A DNA stretch of 64,000 bases from Candidatus Saccharimonadales bacterium (GTDB lineage: Bacteria > Patescibacteriota > Saccharimonadia > Saccharimonadales > JACDBH01). The stretch covers positions 76,692-140,691 of the forward strand of contig JBGSWE010000007.1 in the NCBI GenBank assembly GCA_041752595.1, written 5' to 3'. The notes beneath the pieces are model-generated. The model was not told the origin of the DNA. It did no database searches and worked only from the letters and a program-made list of their open reading frames with translations. This document shows positions 30,788-40,694 of the stretch, one piece after another (position 1 is the first letter of the stretch; the number at the start of each line of letters is the position of its first letter). Made by a program: the position numbers and the translations under genes.

Positions 30788-31348
30788 TTACCGTAAAGCA
30801 ATACGGGCATCATGATCACTGGCTAATTGAGTCAAGCGATTTTGATGTAACTCTGGCAGTGCTTCGGGTGTAATGCCGTACTGTCTGCCAGCCGCTTCTG
30901 CAGAAAAATGAATCAATACGGCAGCGTTCATAATAAAATCATATAAATCATCTTCATCGTCCACCATTGGCACTAAGAAGTCATCTAGATCCCCTCTTGC
31001 TTCTACAAGAGTTGTGTAGATTTTGGCTTTATTAACCGTTAAGATACCTGGTTTAAGCGCTTCAGCACCTGCATCAAGTTCGCGATCCTGCGCAAAAGAA
31101 ATATCAGCTAATTGGGTTCGGCATATGCAAAGGTCTGGAATTACTTCACCCAATACGACTGCGCGCATTTCTGGTTTTTCCCACCCATTGTTTGCCCAAT
31201 GAATTAGTTTACGACTTGTAATTTTGCCTAAACTAGTACCTATGAGTGCAACTTTTTGAGCTATTGGATCAAGTTCTGCATAGCCGCTTGATGGATCGAG
31301 GTATTTCTTGTCGAACAATCGTTGTTCATTTCTAAGGAGATTTGACAT
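30788..31348 (-). CDS. hypothetical protein
   Basis: ORF upstream of aspS, same strand. Confidence 0.45.
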   Translation of the reverse strand: MSNLLRNEQRLFDKKYLDPSSGYAELDPIAQKVALIGTSLGKITSRKLIHWANNGWEKPEMRAVVLGEVIPDLCICRTQLADISFAQDRELDAGAEALKPGILTVNKAKIYTTLVEARGDLDDFLVPMVDDEDDLYDFIMNAAVLIHFSAEAAGRQYGITPEALPELHQNRLTQLASDHDARIALR

Positions 31349-31389
31349 CTAAGTCCCTTCCCCACCCCTTAAATTTTACTAATTATACC

Positions 31390-33138
31390 TTACTTTAGTG
31401 ATTTTATGCCGAGTTCTTTAACGGCTTTGGGGTCTGCGCTGGACGGTGAGTTCATCATGACGTCTACACCGCTGCCGTTTTTGGGGAACGCTATAACTTC
31501 ACGGATGTTCTCTTCGTTTGTTAAGACCATAAATATACGGTCAAGGCCGAATGCACAGCCTGCATGAGGTGGTGCCCCGAACTTAAAGGCGCTTAGCATA
31601 GCCCCGAACTTAGACTCTACATACTCTTTATCGTAGCCAAGCACATCAAAAACACGGTACATTACCTCAGGATTATGGTTTCTGACTGCTCCAGAGCAAA
31701 TTTCATAACCATTGGCCACCATATCGTATTGGTCTGCAACTATGCCAAGTTTGTCATCACTTTCAAGCGCTTCTAGACCACCTTTAGGCATACTAAACGG
31801 GTTGTGCCCAAAATCTAGTTTATTGAGTTTTTCGTCAAATTCGTAAAATGGAAAATCTATAATCCAGGCTAGAGCAACGGTGTCCGGATCTTTTAAATCT
31901 AACTTATCGCCCAGGTAACTGCGTAAACTGCCGAGTACTTTGTTAACTTTTTCTAATTTGTCGGAACCAAAAATAATAGTATCGCCGTCATTAGCTTCAA
32001 GTTTGGTGACTATTTTGTTTAAATCTTCTGGACTAAAAAACTTAGCGATTGATGCCGTTGCTTGTCCGTTTTCTATAACCATATAAGGCATACCACCAGC
32101 ACCTTCGGCCTTGGCTTTTTCGGTCATTTCATCTATTTGAGATCTACTGAACTGTGATGATACCTTAATAGCTTTGACTGCCCCACCCTGAGAAATTGCA
32201 TTAGTAAATACACCAAATCCGCAATCTCTTAGTTCGTCGGTTAGGTCAGTTAGTTCCATGCCAAATCGCAGATCGGGTTTGTCGCTACCGTATTTATTCA
32301 TAGCGTCGGCATAAGTAATTCTGGGGATTGAATCGCTTAGTAATTTCTTGCCGCCAAACTCGGTCACCAGATTTTTGATGAGTGGCTCCATTGTTGAGCG
32401 AACTTCTTCGCCGTTATCAACAAAAGACATCTCAAGATCGAGTTGATAGAAATCACCATAAAGTCTATCGGCGCGTGGGTCTTCATCCCTAAAACAAGTT
32501 GCTATTTGGTAATAACGAGGCACACCGCCAACCATAAGCAACTGCTTGAACTGCTGTGGAGCCTGTGGCAATGCGTAGAACATACCTTGGTGAACCCTAG
32601 ATGGTACCAAAAAATCTCGAGCGCCTTCTGGGCTAGAGTTAGCAAGAATTGGAGTTGCAACCTCAGTAAAATCATTTGATTCCATGTATTTCCGAATATA
32701 GGTATAGTATTCTGCTCGCTTTTTTAAAGTATCCTGCATTTTTGGTCTACGTAAATCCAAATATCTATATCGCAGTCGATTATCTTCGTTTATGTACTGC
32801 GTTGAATTCACCTGTATAGGCAGTGCCTCTGATTTGTTTAAAATTATCAGAGACTCAACCAGCAACTCTACTGAACCAGTTCGGATTTTTGGATTTTTTA
32901 GATCTTCTGATCGCTCAGTAATTTTGCCTGTAGCTTCTATGACATATTCGTCTCTAAGCTCTTCGGCAGTACCAAACCCTTCACTTCCATCACCAATTGT
33001 TAATTGAATAATGCCAGTGTGATCCCTAAGATCAATGAATATAAGCCCGCCGTGATCTCTTCTGCTATGCACCCAACCCTGGACCTTAATTGTTTCGCTA
33101 ATATTGCCGAGCGTCTCAATAGCTAGTGTTCGTTTCAT
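31390..33138 (-). CDS. aspS: aspartyl-tRNA synthetase
   Basis: N-terminal OB fold, class II motifs (FRDED, GLDRIFMVL...AFP), 582 aa. Confidence 0.9.
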   Translation of the reverse strand: MKRTLAIETLGNISETIKVQGWVHSRRDHGGLIFIDLRDHTGIIQLTIGDGSEGFGTAEELRDEYVIEATGKITERSEDLKNPKIRTGSVELLVESLIILNKSEALPIQVNSTQYINEDNRLRYRYLDLRRPKMQDTLKKRAEYYTYIRKYMESNDFTEVATPILANSSPEGARDFLVPSRVHQGMFYALPQAPQQFKQLLMVGGVPRYYQIATCFRDEDPRADRLYGDFYQLDLEMSFVDNGEEVRSTMEPLIKNLVTEFGGKKLLSDSIPRITYADAMNKYGSDKPDLRFGMELTDLTDELRDCGFGVFTNAISQGGAVKAIKVSSQFSRSQIDEMTEKAKAEGAGGMPYMVIENGQATASIAKFFSPEDLNKIVTKLEANDGDTIIFGSDKLEKVNKVLGSLRSYLGDKLDLKDPDTVALAWIIDFPFYEFDEKLNKLDFGHNPFSMPKGGLEALESDDKLGIVADQYDMVANGYEICSGAVRNHNPEVMYRVFDVLGYDKEYVESKFGAMLSAFKFGAPPHAGCAFGLDRIFMVLTNEENIREVIAFPKNGSGVDVMMNSPSSADPKAVKELGIKSLK

Positions 33139-33262
33139 TATAATTCCTTGTAAGATTAACTATGATTCAGACTGAGTTTTGGGTCAATGACAAGTTAGCC
33201 GCTGAAGTGCTGCTTGCCGACCCATGGATTACTATTTAAGTTCAATCTTTGCATATCAGGGG

Positions 33263-34270
33263 TTATTCTACCATTTTAATCTGTTTTCGTATAATTTTTG
33301 CCTTAGCATCGGCAACATCACGCATACTGTCATATTTATCAAACTCATCAACTATCGGCTTACCCAGCACCTGCTCTACAACGTCCTCTATCGTTACTAG
33401 CCCTGTAACTTCTGCAAACTCGTTTACCACTAGAAACATGTGTTGTTTTGTACGGATAAAAGCTTGCAGAACATGGTCTAGCTCGCGGTTTTCGTTTACA
33501 TAACGAACAGGCTTATGCATTAGTTCACCAACAACCATATGTCTTTTTAGGTCATGGAGGTCTTTGGTATATAAAATTCCTGCTTTATGATCTGAATCAG
33601 TTGGCAGTACGGGAAACCTCGAATGACCGCTTTTATGTAATTCATCCAATAATACTGGACTTAGTACGTCATCCTCTTTTACAGAAACCACTACGCTTCT
33701 TGGTGTCATAATGTCATAAACCGTTTTTTCACCGAACTCTAAACTATGCTTTAGAATCCTTAGTTCATCTGAAGATAGGTCCGTATTAGACGGAGTAACA
33801 GTGTTTAGCATATTTGATAACTCACTGCGCGTGGTCATTACAGGCTGTTCTGAAATGTATTTATCCAATACCCGGCCCAAGGGTTTTGTAATAAAACTAA
33901 GAAGTTGGGAAAGGGCCAGCAACCAATTCGATGTTCTAAATAATATTTTTATGCCAACTGGCTTTAAATATAGCTCGCCCAGCACTACTGAAATAACAAA
34001 AATAATAGTTGCACCAATAAACCAAGATAATAAACCCCACAGCTGTGAACCTATCATCACCAGAGTACCGCTAAGTGTAAGTGCTCTAAAAATTTCAATA
34101 GTTAATAGTACTGACGATCCACTAGATTTAAGCGGATACAAAGCTTTTGATATTTCGTCACCCTTACGAGCCCAATAACGAAGCTGAGGCGTAGACAAAC
34201 TCCTAAAAGCAATCGACATTGCTGTTAACAAAACAGATAAGGCTAATCCAACTATAATTAATAAAAACAT
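33263..34270 (-). CDS. CNNM/DUF21 transmembrane + CBS-pair domain protein (CorC/HlyC family transporter-like)
   Basis: 4 N-terminal TMs then tandem CBS. Confidence 0.7.
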   Translation of the reverse strand: MFLLIIVGLALSVLLTAMSIAFRSLSTPQLRYWARKGDEISKALYPLKSSGSSVLLTIEIFRALTLSGTLVMIGSQLWGLLSWFIGATIIFVISVVLGELYLKPVGIKILFRTSNWLLALSQLLSFITKPLGRVLDKYISEQPVMTTRSELSNMLNTVTPSNTDLSSDELRILKHSLEFGEKTVYDIMTPRSVVVSVKEDDVLSPVLLDELHKSGHSRFPVLPTDSDHKAGILYTKDLHDLKRHMVVGELMHKPVRYVNENRELDHVLQAFIRTKQHMFLVVNEFAEVTGLVTIEDVVEQVLGKPIVDEFDKYDSMRDVADAKAKIIRKQIKMVE

Positions 34271-34363
34271 TATAGGAATATTGTAGCACTCCTTATGGTT
34301 TAAACATTTAATACCAGCTAATTTTCAGGTATGATGTATAGTATCTGAAACAAGGGGTAATTT

Positions 34364-35062
34364 ATGAATAAAAAAACTATAGGAATAATTATTGGTGCGA
34401 TATTGCTAGTAGCAGGATTTTTTTACTTTACTAAGCCTGCAGAAAAAGGCAGTGCCGAACCTACCAACCATACTTTTGGTACAAGTAGTAGCGGTGTAAC
34501 ACTAACTGAATATGCCGATTTTCAATGTCCTGCCTGCGCTGCATATCATCCAATTTTGAAACAACTAAAAGTAGATTATGACGGTTACGTAGTATTCCAG
34601 TTCCGTCATTTCCCACTAGAAGCACTACACAAAAACGCTCGTGCAGCTGGCAGAGCCGCCGAAGCCGCAAGCAACCAAGGTAAATTCTGGGAAATGCATG
34701 ATTATTTGTTTGAGAATCAACAACAATGGCAAGATACTAGCGACCCTCTGAGTCTTTTCGAGAGTTACGCAGAACAAGTTGGTGTTACCGATTTAGCCAA
34801 ATTCACTACAGATTATCGTAGTAGTACTGTAAACGACCTAATTAATGCCGACCTAGATGCTGGGCGAGCTCTAGGCGTTGAGTCTACACCTACATTCTTG
34901 ATAGATGGTAAGGTTCTCGACGAAAACCCATCTGGATCTATAGAATCATTCGCCGTACTTTTAGACGAAGCAATCAAAGCCAAGGGCGGCACCCCTCCAG
35001 CCTTTAGAACCGAACAACCAGCCACATCAGAAACACCTGTTACCCCTGCGCCACAACAGTAA
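34364..35062 (+). CDS. DsbA-like thiol:disulfide oxidoreductase (thioredoxin fold)
   Basis: N-terminal TM, CPAC active site (DFQCPACAAYHP). Confidence 0.8.
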   Translation: MNKKTIGIIIGAILLVAGFFYFTKPAEKGSAEPTNHTFGTSSSGVTLTEYADFQCPACAAYHPILKQLKVDYDGYVVFQFRHFPLEALHKNARAAGRAAEAASNQGKFWEMHDYLFENQQQWQDTSDPLSLFESYAEQVGVTDLAKFTTDYRSSTVNDLINADLDAGRALGVESTPTFLIDGKVLDENPSGSIESFAVLLDEAIKAKGGTPPAFRTEQPATSETPVTPAPQQ

Positions 35063-35433
35063 ATAAAAAATCCACCTAAACTAACTCCATATATGGAACT
35101 AATTGGGTGGATTTTTAGTAGTTAATAAACTGTTGCCATGGAGCTCTTTTGATACGTACTTCTACGCTAGCAGGGCGACTAGTTACAACTTTTACCTTTA
35201 TTGGCATAGCTCTCTCTTCTCTGTTCTAACTACAACACATATGCCTTATCAGGCTTGGTTTGTAATTATGATGTTATTTTTTGTTTTCCATAATGCAGCT
35301 CGCATCTGCTATTTGGGATAAGTTGATAATACTTGTGTTTATTGATTCAGTCAAGCTTAATTTATAATTCCATTGAACATTCTTCGGCACTAATTTTAAT
35401 AAGCCATAAAACATTTATTTACGAATGGCAAAA

Positions 35434-35850
35434 CTATTTTTTTCGTTTGTGATGAGCGGCTTCTAGTTTGGCGTGAAACTTTTTGATTGCTGGATGGCCC
35501 GTTTGTTCATGTACGCGCCTAAACTCTTCGGTAACGTGACCAAGCTCTTCATCACTTAAGTCTTCTATATCCATAAAACTATCTCTTGCATGAGTTGCAC
35601 GTATTAGTTCATCTAATTTTAACTGCATCGCTTTAGCATCACGATTTTGTGTATTTTGAATCAAAAATACCATTAAGAACGTAACTACGGTTGTGCAGGT
35701 ATTTATGACAAGTTGCCAAGTGTTACTGTAATCAAACAACGATCCAGTTAATGCCCAAACAACAACTATACTTACAGCTATGCCGAAAGCCCATGGACTA
35801 CCAACACCCTTAGATATTGCATGTGCAGTTTTTCTGAAAGATTCCTTCAT
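35434..35850 (-). CDS. low-affinity iron permease-like small membrane protein (PF04120-like)
   Basis: SPWAF..TW..VINT..T..TF..VFLIQNTQNRD...KLDELI signature; start moved to internal Met to avoid overlap with divergent gene. Confidence 0.65.
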   Translation of the reverse strand: MKESFRKTAHAISKGVGSPWAFGIAVSIVVVWALTGSLFDYSNTWQLVINTCTTVVTFLMVFLIQNTQNRDAKAMQLKLDELIRATHARDSFMDIEDLSDEELGHVTEEFRRVHEQTGHPAIKKFHAKLEAAHHKRKK

Positions 35851-35885
35851 ATCTGCTAGAATACCACGAGGGGAATAATAAAAAC

Positions 35886-37592
35886 ATGGATTCAATTTTT
35901 ATAGAACTTAGCGTAGTTATTGCTGTAGCTGTAAGCATGAGCCTCTTTATGCGCATTATTAGACAGCCGCTTATTATTGGACACATTCTAACGGGCCTTC
36001 TAGTTGGGCCTACTGTATTTAACCTTGTTAAATCGACAGAAACTATTGATGTATTCTCAGAGTTTGGTATTGCCTTGCTGTTATTTATCGTTGGACTTGG
36101 CCTGAATCCTCGAATTATAAAAGAAGTGGGTAAAGTTGCTGGTGCTATAGCATTTGTAAAAATAGCTGTAGTAACAAGCCTGGGCTTTTTAATTTGTAGT
36201 GCTTTAGGATTTGGTACAACCGAATCATTGCTTTTAGGTATAGGGCTTTCATTTAGTAGTACTATCATCATTCTTAAACTATTAGCTGACAAAAAAGAGC
36301 TTTCTAGGTTATACGGTAAAATTTCTATTGGTTTCTTACTCGTAGAAGATATTGTTGCAACTTTCTTGCTCGTCATTGTAGCTGCATACGCTTCAAGCGG
36401 CGGAATAAATCCTGGTGAGCTTGGGTTACTTGTTGCTAAGTTTGCCGGGCTGATTACTTTCTTAGTTCTTGTTCGAATTATATTCATAAACCATATGACC
36501 AACCTGATTGCAAAAAGTCAGGACTTTTTATTTCTTTTTGCAATTGGTTGGGCGCTAGGTATTGCTGCACTATTTCAGTACGTTGGATTTAGCCTAGAGA
36601 TTGGAGCACTTGTGGGGGGTGTTGTGTTAGCTAGCCTTCCTTATGCTCAGGAAATATCGTCACGCTTAAAGATACTAAGAGATTTCTTTATTGTCTTATT
36701 CTTTATAGGCCTTGGGTCTCACTTAAAGCTTGATAACATTACCAATGTACTACCCCAAGCAGTATTATTATCTATGTTAGTTCTTATAATAAATCCTCTT
36801 ATTGTTATGAGTGTTATGGGGCTCGGTGGTTATACCAAAAAGACAAGCTTTAAAACTGGCATGACCGGTTCACAGGTTTCTGAGTTCTCACTTATTTTGC
36901 TACTCTTAGCCGAAAAATCAGGTCTAATAGGAATACGTTCAGTATCGTTATTGACCATGGTGGCCTTAATAACAATTGCCGTTTCCACTTATATGATCCT
37001 TTACTCAGACAATTTATATAGTTTCTTTGAGCGTTACTTAAGATTTTTCGAACGTAAGAAGGTAAAGGAACACAAAGAAAAGCGCGAACATTACGAGTTA
37101 GTACTCATCGGCTACCACAAAGGCGGTCATGAATTCTTGAAAGTATTTAAGTCACTAAAAAAGAAATACATAATCGTAGATTATGATCCACAGGTTATTG
37201 ATGTTCTTGATAATCGTGGTGAGCCGTTCTTATATGGTGACGTTACAGATCTGGAACTGTTGGAGGAGCTTAACCTAAGCCATGCACACTTAATAGTTTC
37301 AACTATTACAGACTTGCCAACAAATTTACTGATTGCAAAATGGCTTGAAAAAAATAATCCACATGCTGTTTATATTGCAACCGCAGACGCAGCAGAAGAA
37401 GCTGCAGAGCTATACGAAGAAGGTGCGTCTTATGTTGTACTACCTCACTATATTGGCTCAGAAAAGATTAGCTCGTTTCTAAAGAAAAATGGTCTAAATA
37501 AAACAGAGTTCCGTCATTACCGCGAAAAACATTTAGCCTATTTACAGAGTCATCACGAACTTTTTGCAAGCGTATCTGGCAAAGATATATAA
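35886..37592 (+). CDS. CPA2 cation:proton antiporter with C-terminal TrkA-N (RCK) domain (Kef-type)
   Basis: About 12 TMs then Rossmann VLIGYHKGG. Confidence 0.8.
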   Translation: MDSIFIELSVVIAVAVSMSLFMRIIRQPLIIGHILTGLLVGPTVFNLVKSTETIDVFSEFGIALLLFIVGLGLNPRIIKEVGKVAGAIAFVKIAVVTSLGFLICSALGFGTTESLLLGIGLSFSSTIIILKLLADKKELSRLYGKISIGFLLVEDIVATFLLVIVAAYASSGGINPGELGLLVAKFAGLITFLVLVRIIFINHMTNLIAKSQDFLFLFAIGWALGIAALFQYVGFSLEIGALVGGVVLASLPYAQEISSRLKILRDFFIVLFFIGLGSHLKLDNITNVLPQAVLLSMLVLIINPLIVMSVMGLGGYTKKTSFKTGMTGSQVSEFSLILLLLAEKSGLIGIRSVSLLTMVALITIAVSTYMILYSDNLYSFFERYLRFFERKKVKEHKEKREHYELVLIGYHKGGHEFLKVFKSLKKKYIIVDYDPQVIDVLDNRGEPFLYGDVTDLELLEELNLSHAHLIVSTITDLPTNLLIAKWLEKNNPHAVYIATADAAEEAAELYEEGASYVVLPHYIGSEKISSFLKKNGLNKTEFRHYREKHLAYLQSHHELFASVSGKDI

Positions 37593-38212
37593 AGCCAGTG
37601 TTCGTTAATATACTGCCTTATACTCTCTAGAGATTCGGGAGCATTATGGCCTTTTTGTAAGGCATTCCTAATTGTTTGTGATGACGCGGCTGGCCTATTG
37701 GTTTCTATGGCAATTCCGTGAGGTTGAATTGTTGATAATATCTGTTTTGCTCGTTCAAGCTCGTGGCCAGACCTAACGCCAGTTATTAATCTAACTGTAG
37801 ATAACAAACGCTCACTATTTGGCCAATGCCCATCACGCAGACTCTCTAGAACGTCACTACCTAGCAACAAGTGTAGTTCGTCGTGCACAAACAAACGCTG
37901 AAGCTTAGGCAGGGTGCGTGCAATAGTAAACTGCTTATCGGATAGTTCTACTACTCTAAGTGATTGATGAGGGATTAATGCTAATTTCAGCATAGCTACT
38001 CGGTGTCCATAATGTGTTACACCGGTTTTATGATACGGCAAAACATCGGGTAAAAAATAGATAAAATCAAGCGACGCAGCCTTTGCAGCAGCTAGCGCAA
38101 ACCCAATATGGCCCTTATGAACAGGATCAAAGGTACCAGAATAAATACCAATTTTCCTGGGTTTTTGTCCCACTAACTGGTTAAGGCCTTTGCTTTTTAT
38201 GATTTTAGTCAT
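37553..38212 (-). CDS. nadD: nicotinate-nucleotide adenylyltransferase
   Basis: GIYSGTFDPVHKGHI nucleotidyltransferase (H/T)xGH motif. Confidence 0.85.
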   Translation of the reverse strand: MTKIIKSKGLNQLVGQKPRKIGIYSGTFDPVHKGHIGFALAAAKAASLDFIYFLPDVLPYHKTGVTHYGHRVAMLKLALIPHQSLRVVELSDKQFTIARTLPKLQRLFVHDELHLLLGSDVLESLRDGHWPNSERLLSTVRLITGVRSGHELERAKQILSTIQPHGIAIETNRPAASSQTIRNALQKGHNAPESLESIRQYINEHWLYISLPDTLAKSS

Positions 38213-38221
38213 TAACCTATT

Positions 38222-38425
38222 CTACCTCGAAACTGTTACATCACAAGAAGGACAAGTAATTGTTGTTGGTGTAAGTACAGCGTCAACCAACTTTTTACAA
38301 AAAGGACATGTCACACAAGGCATCAAATTTGGGTTAGTATTACTAATTCGATCGTGGTCAATTTCGCAAAGTCCGTCGCAGTTTGCGGCTTGATGTTCGT
38401 ATAGTTCAGGGGTTAGTTTAGTCAT
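38222..38425 (-). CDS. small zinc-ribbon protein (67 aa)
   Basis: Four CxxC-type pairs (CDGLC, CVTCPFC, CPSC); start at internal Met just after upstream stop. Confidence 0.5.
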   Translation of the reverse strand: MTKLTPELYEHQAANCDGLCEIDHDRISNTNPNLMPCVTCPFCKKLVDAVLTPTTITCPSCDVTVSR

Positions 38426-39653
38426 TGGCTTGCCTTTTAATTTTTGTCTCTTTTTTATTACTAAATACCACAGTGATGCTTTCTTTCTGTATTTTACTAA
38501 CGCCCCTATAAAGTTTTGCAGGGTCTCTACCTTTATCAAACCAATTTTGGCAATTGCGACAAACACTACACTGAGCCACCTTTGTCTTTCCGGGTCGAGT
38601 TGGGCAATTATCAACACGGCAAATGCCTTCTTTCCAGATTAACTTATCTTTGCCGTCTCCAGATTTGTCCGCTTGGTTGCCATAACCTAAATCACTCATC
38701 TGAGATTCGGCGCCAACACTAAACTGATCGCCCACACTTTTGCCGCAACCACTAAACACTTCACCTCTCGCCTGTGCAAAGTTTCCTGCTCGATACATTT
38801 CATCAATAGCCATAGAATATGCCACCAATCCAGCATCAACTTTCTCAATTCTGGCTTCTACTTTGCCCACATAACGATCTTTCATTGCTGCTGCTAATGC
38901 GTAATCACGAAAACCGCCTGTAAATCCTGTAGTGGTTGCGAAATATGCAGATAATAAATCTTTTTGGTTACAAACAAATTCATAAGTATCATTTGTGTTC
39001 TCGTTTAATCTACCGGCATACCATTCACCGCTAAATTGAGCCTTCATGGAACGATCGTAAACATACCTTAACTGACTAATCATAAATTCCTTAGACATAT
39101 CATCTAATTCTACAAACTTACGTTGTCCTAACAGTTCGCCAGGTGCGACAGGTTCACCCAGATATTCGTACATCGCCTCAAGTGCGCGGCGGTTGCTGCC
39201 ATCTAGCGATTGGCTATACATTTTGAGCTTGCCACTTTCAGTCTTAGAAATAACTCGTAGCATTGTTTGTTTACGACTTACATTGTATCCACCCACGTCT
39301 TCTGTAGCATTCATAAGTTCTGGCGGAAAATCAGATACAACTACCATAGTGTTTGGTTTGTCTCCGGTCATCATTGCCAGCATATCTAAATACTCTTGTT
39401 TTTCTAGCTTTCGACGGCGCAACTCATAACTAGGCAGATCCTTTGCTTGTTCAATTGAATCATCAAATATCTTGCCCATAGCACTACCATCAGAGGCATA
39501 TAATTCACCTTCATGATACGTATATTCGAACGGCGTTCGCATGCTACCTGGCATGACCTCAGCTAGCCAGGTAACAGTATCGTAATATCGGCGTGTTTCG
39601 TGATCATAGCTTTTATTTTCAATATTTTGTTGTTCGACTAAATAATTCATCAA
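38418..39653 (-). CDS. hypothetical protein (411 aa) with C-terminal Cys cluster
   Basis: Long ORF, C-terminal CRVDNC...CSVCRNC; no family recognised. Confidence 0.6.
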   Translation of the reverse strand: MMNYLVEQQNIENKSYDHETRRYYDTVTWLAEVMPGSMRTPFEYTYHEGELYASDGSAMGKIFDDSIEQAKDLPSYELRRRKLEKQEYLDMLAMMTGDKPNTMVVVSDFPPELMNATEDVGGYNVSRKQTMLRVISKTESGKLKMYSQSLDGSNRRALEAMYEYLGEPVAPGELLGQRKFVELDDMSKEFMISQLRYVYDRSMKAQFSGEWYAGRLNENTNDTYEFVCNQKDLLSAYFATTTGFTGGFRDYALAAAMKDRYVGKVEARIEKVDAGLVAYSMAIDEMYRAGNFAQARGEVFSGCGKSVGDQFSVGAESQMSDLGYGNQADKSGDGKDKLIWKEGICRVDNCPTRPGKTKVAQCSVCRNCQNWFDKGRDPAKLYRGVSKIQKESITVVFSNKKETKIKRQAND

Positions 39654-39800
39654 AAAACCCTTGCTACGCGAGCAAGGGTTAATCTATACCAACCTTACGA
39701 GTCGTCAGTATATTATGCTCCTGCTCGGGAGACTTTATTGCTAGATCGGACTTTAACCGTTGCGGCACAGCGAGGGAATTTCACCCTACTTCCAGCGTTT
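39654..39800 (-). promoter_or_regulatory. structured 5' leader ending in terminator/RBS-sequestering hairpin (candidate riboswitch or attenuator)
   Basis: Minus-strand RNA ...cccuugcucgcguagcaaggguuuuuugAUG: stem includes the only purine-rich RBS-like element; about 120 nt of upstream leader with further pairing potential. Confidence 0.35.
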
Positions 39801-39937
39801 TTGTAATTTGTATAAGGAACTTATAATACAGTGTAACCCAATTAGACTACGCTAGATATAGTATTTTTTGCTTCATTTATACCACTAAAAACTTAGTAAT
39901 CTAGGTCTGAATAAGATAGAACTTAGTTTAAAATATA

Positions 39938-39966
39938 TTGACATAATAGCAATAATATGCTAATAT
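39938..39966 (+). promoter_or_regulatory. sigma70-like promoter (TTGACA-17-TAATAT) for small-ORF cassette
   Basis: Perfect -35, 17-nt spacer, near-consensus -10. Confidence 0.5.
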
Positions 39967-40059
39967 GTGTACTGTGACATGGTATATCTATGGCACGTTA
40001 TTTAAAAAGCTTTCTTTCACTATCTTCTTTCGGATATTTTAGTGTTTACCTTATTAGTT

Positions 40060-40111
40060 AGTGGTTGGAAATAAGCTCGTTTATATATAAGCTGGTTTAT
40101 TCCCAACCACC
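40060..40111 (+). promoter_or_regulatory. long inverted repeat in leader of 40127 ORF
   Basis: gtggttggaa ... ttcccaaccac arms enclosing aagctcg/aagctgg repeats, immediately before RBS aaggaaacc. Confidence 0.35.
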
Positions 40112-40126
40112 AACAAGGAAACCATC

Positions 40127-40360
40127 ATGTCCGACAATCTAGCTGAAGACTTTCAAGATAGGCCTCGGCCAATCTGGATGGAATACCTAGACGAAGCACC
40201 TCGTGTTACGACTACTTCGGATTCAGACATCACAGAATTGGACAGATTTCGCATCGATCGAGAGATTGAAATTGAAGCGTGCTACAGCCTCCTGTGCAAG
40301 TTTCCGTTCTGTTATGAGCTACGTACGGAGTGCACCAAGCATTTCGTTAAGAAATCTTGA
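40127..40360 (+). CDS. small Cys-containing protein (77 aa), unknown function
   Basis: RBS acaaggaaacc-N3-ATG; C-terminal CX4CX4CX6C. Confidence 0.45.
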   Translation: MSDNLAEDFQDRPRPIWMEYLDEAPRVTTTSDSDITELDRFRIDREIEIEACYSLLCKFPFCYELRTECTKHFVKKS

Positions 40361-40396
40361 ACTACCATTCGCACCAACCACCAGACAAGGAAACCT

Positions 40397-40609
40397 ATGA
40401 CCACCACGTTCAACGAAATCCCGTTCCTCGGCACCCACCGCCCCGAAGCCCGTCGCCCGCGACCCCCGCTTCCGGCAATCCCGCCACAAGATGACCCCAT
40501 GCCCGAACACGACGTCGATGACACCAAGTTCGGTGACATCTGCTTCCTGGGCGACGGTCTCTCGGTCTTCCGGTCTCCCTGTGGAGCCGTGCACGTACAA
40601 ATGATGTAG
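40397..40609 (+). CDS. small Pro-rich protein (70 aa) encoded in GC-rich patch
   Basis: Same RBS motif acaaggaaacc-N1-ATG as preceding ORF; high-GC third positions; ORFs on other frames are GC artefacts. Confidence 0.4.
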   Translation: MTTTFNEIPFLGTHRPEARRPRPPLPAIPPQDDPMPEHDVDDTKFGDICFLGDGLSVFRSPCGAVHVQMM

Positions 40610-40694
40610 TGAAAGAAGGCTTCACAAGAGGGGGAAAAGTATAAAATTAACTGAGCAATTGCTCTTTTAACCTAGTACTATCACCTCCTCTTGT

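Noticed and set aside
35066-35118. Hairpin aaaaatccacc...ggtggattttt after the DsbA-like gene (34364..35062)
   Set aside because: Probably a terminator but the ~28-nt loop makes it weak; not listed as a feature.
35810-36502. 230-aa minus-strand ORF
   Set aside because: Entirely antisense to the well-supported Kef-type antiporter gene (35886..37592); low-complexity translation; treated as spurious.
39654-39800. Possible RNase P RNA (cggacttt resembling P4 AAGUCCGG)
   Set aside because: Only a single short match. The region to the adjacent start codon is too short for RNase P RNA and lacks the second P4 strand.
40312-40625. Three overlapping minus-strand ORFs (75, 93, 71 aa)
   Set aside because: They lie in the GC-rich patch where all frames stay open by chance. 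No RBS, whereas the plus-strand ORFs carry matching RBS contexts.
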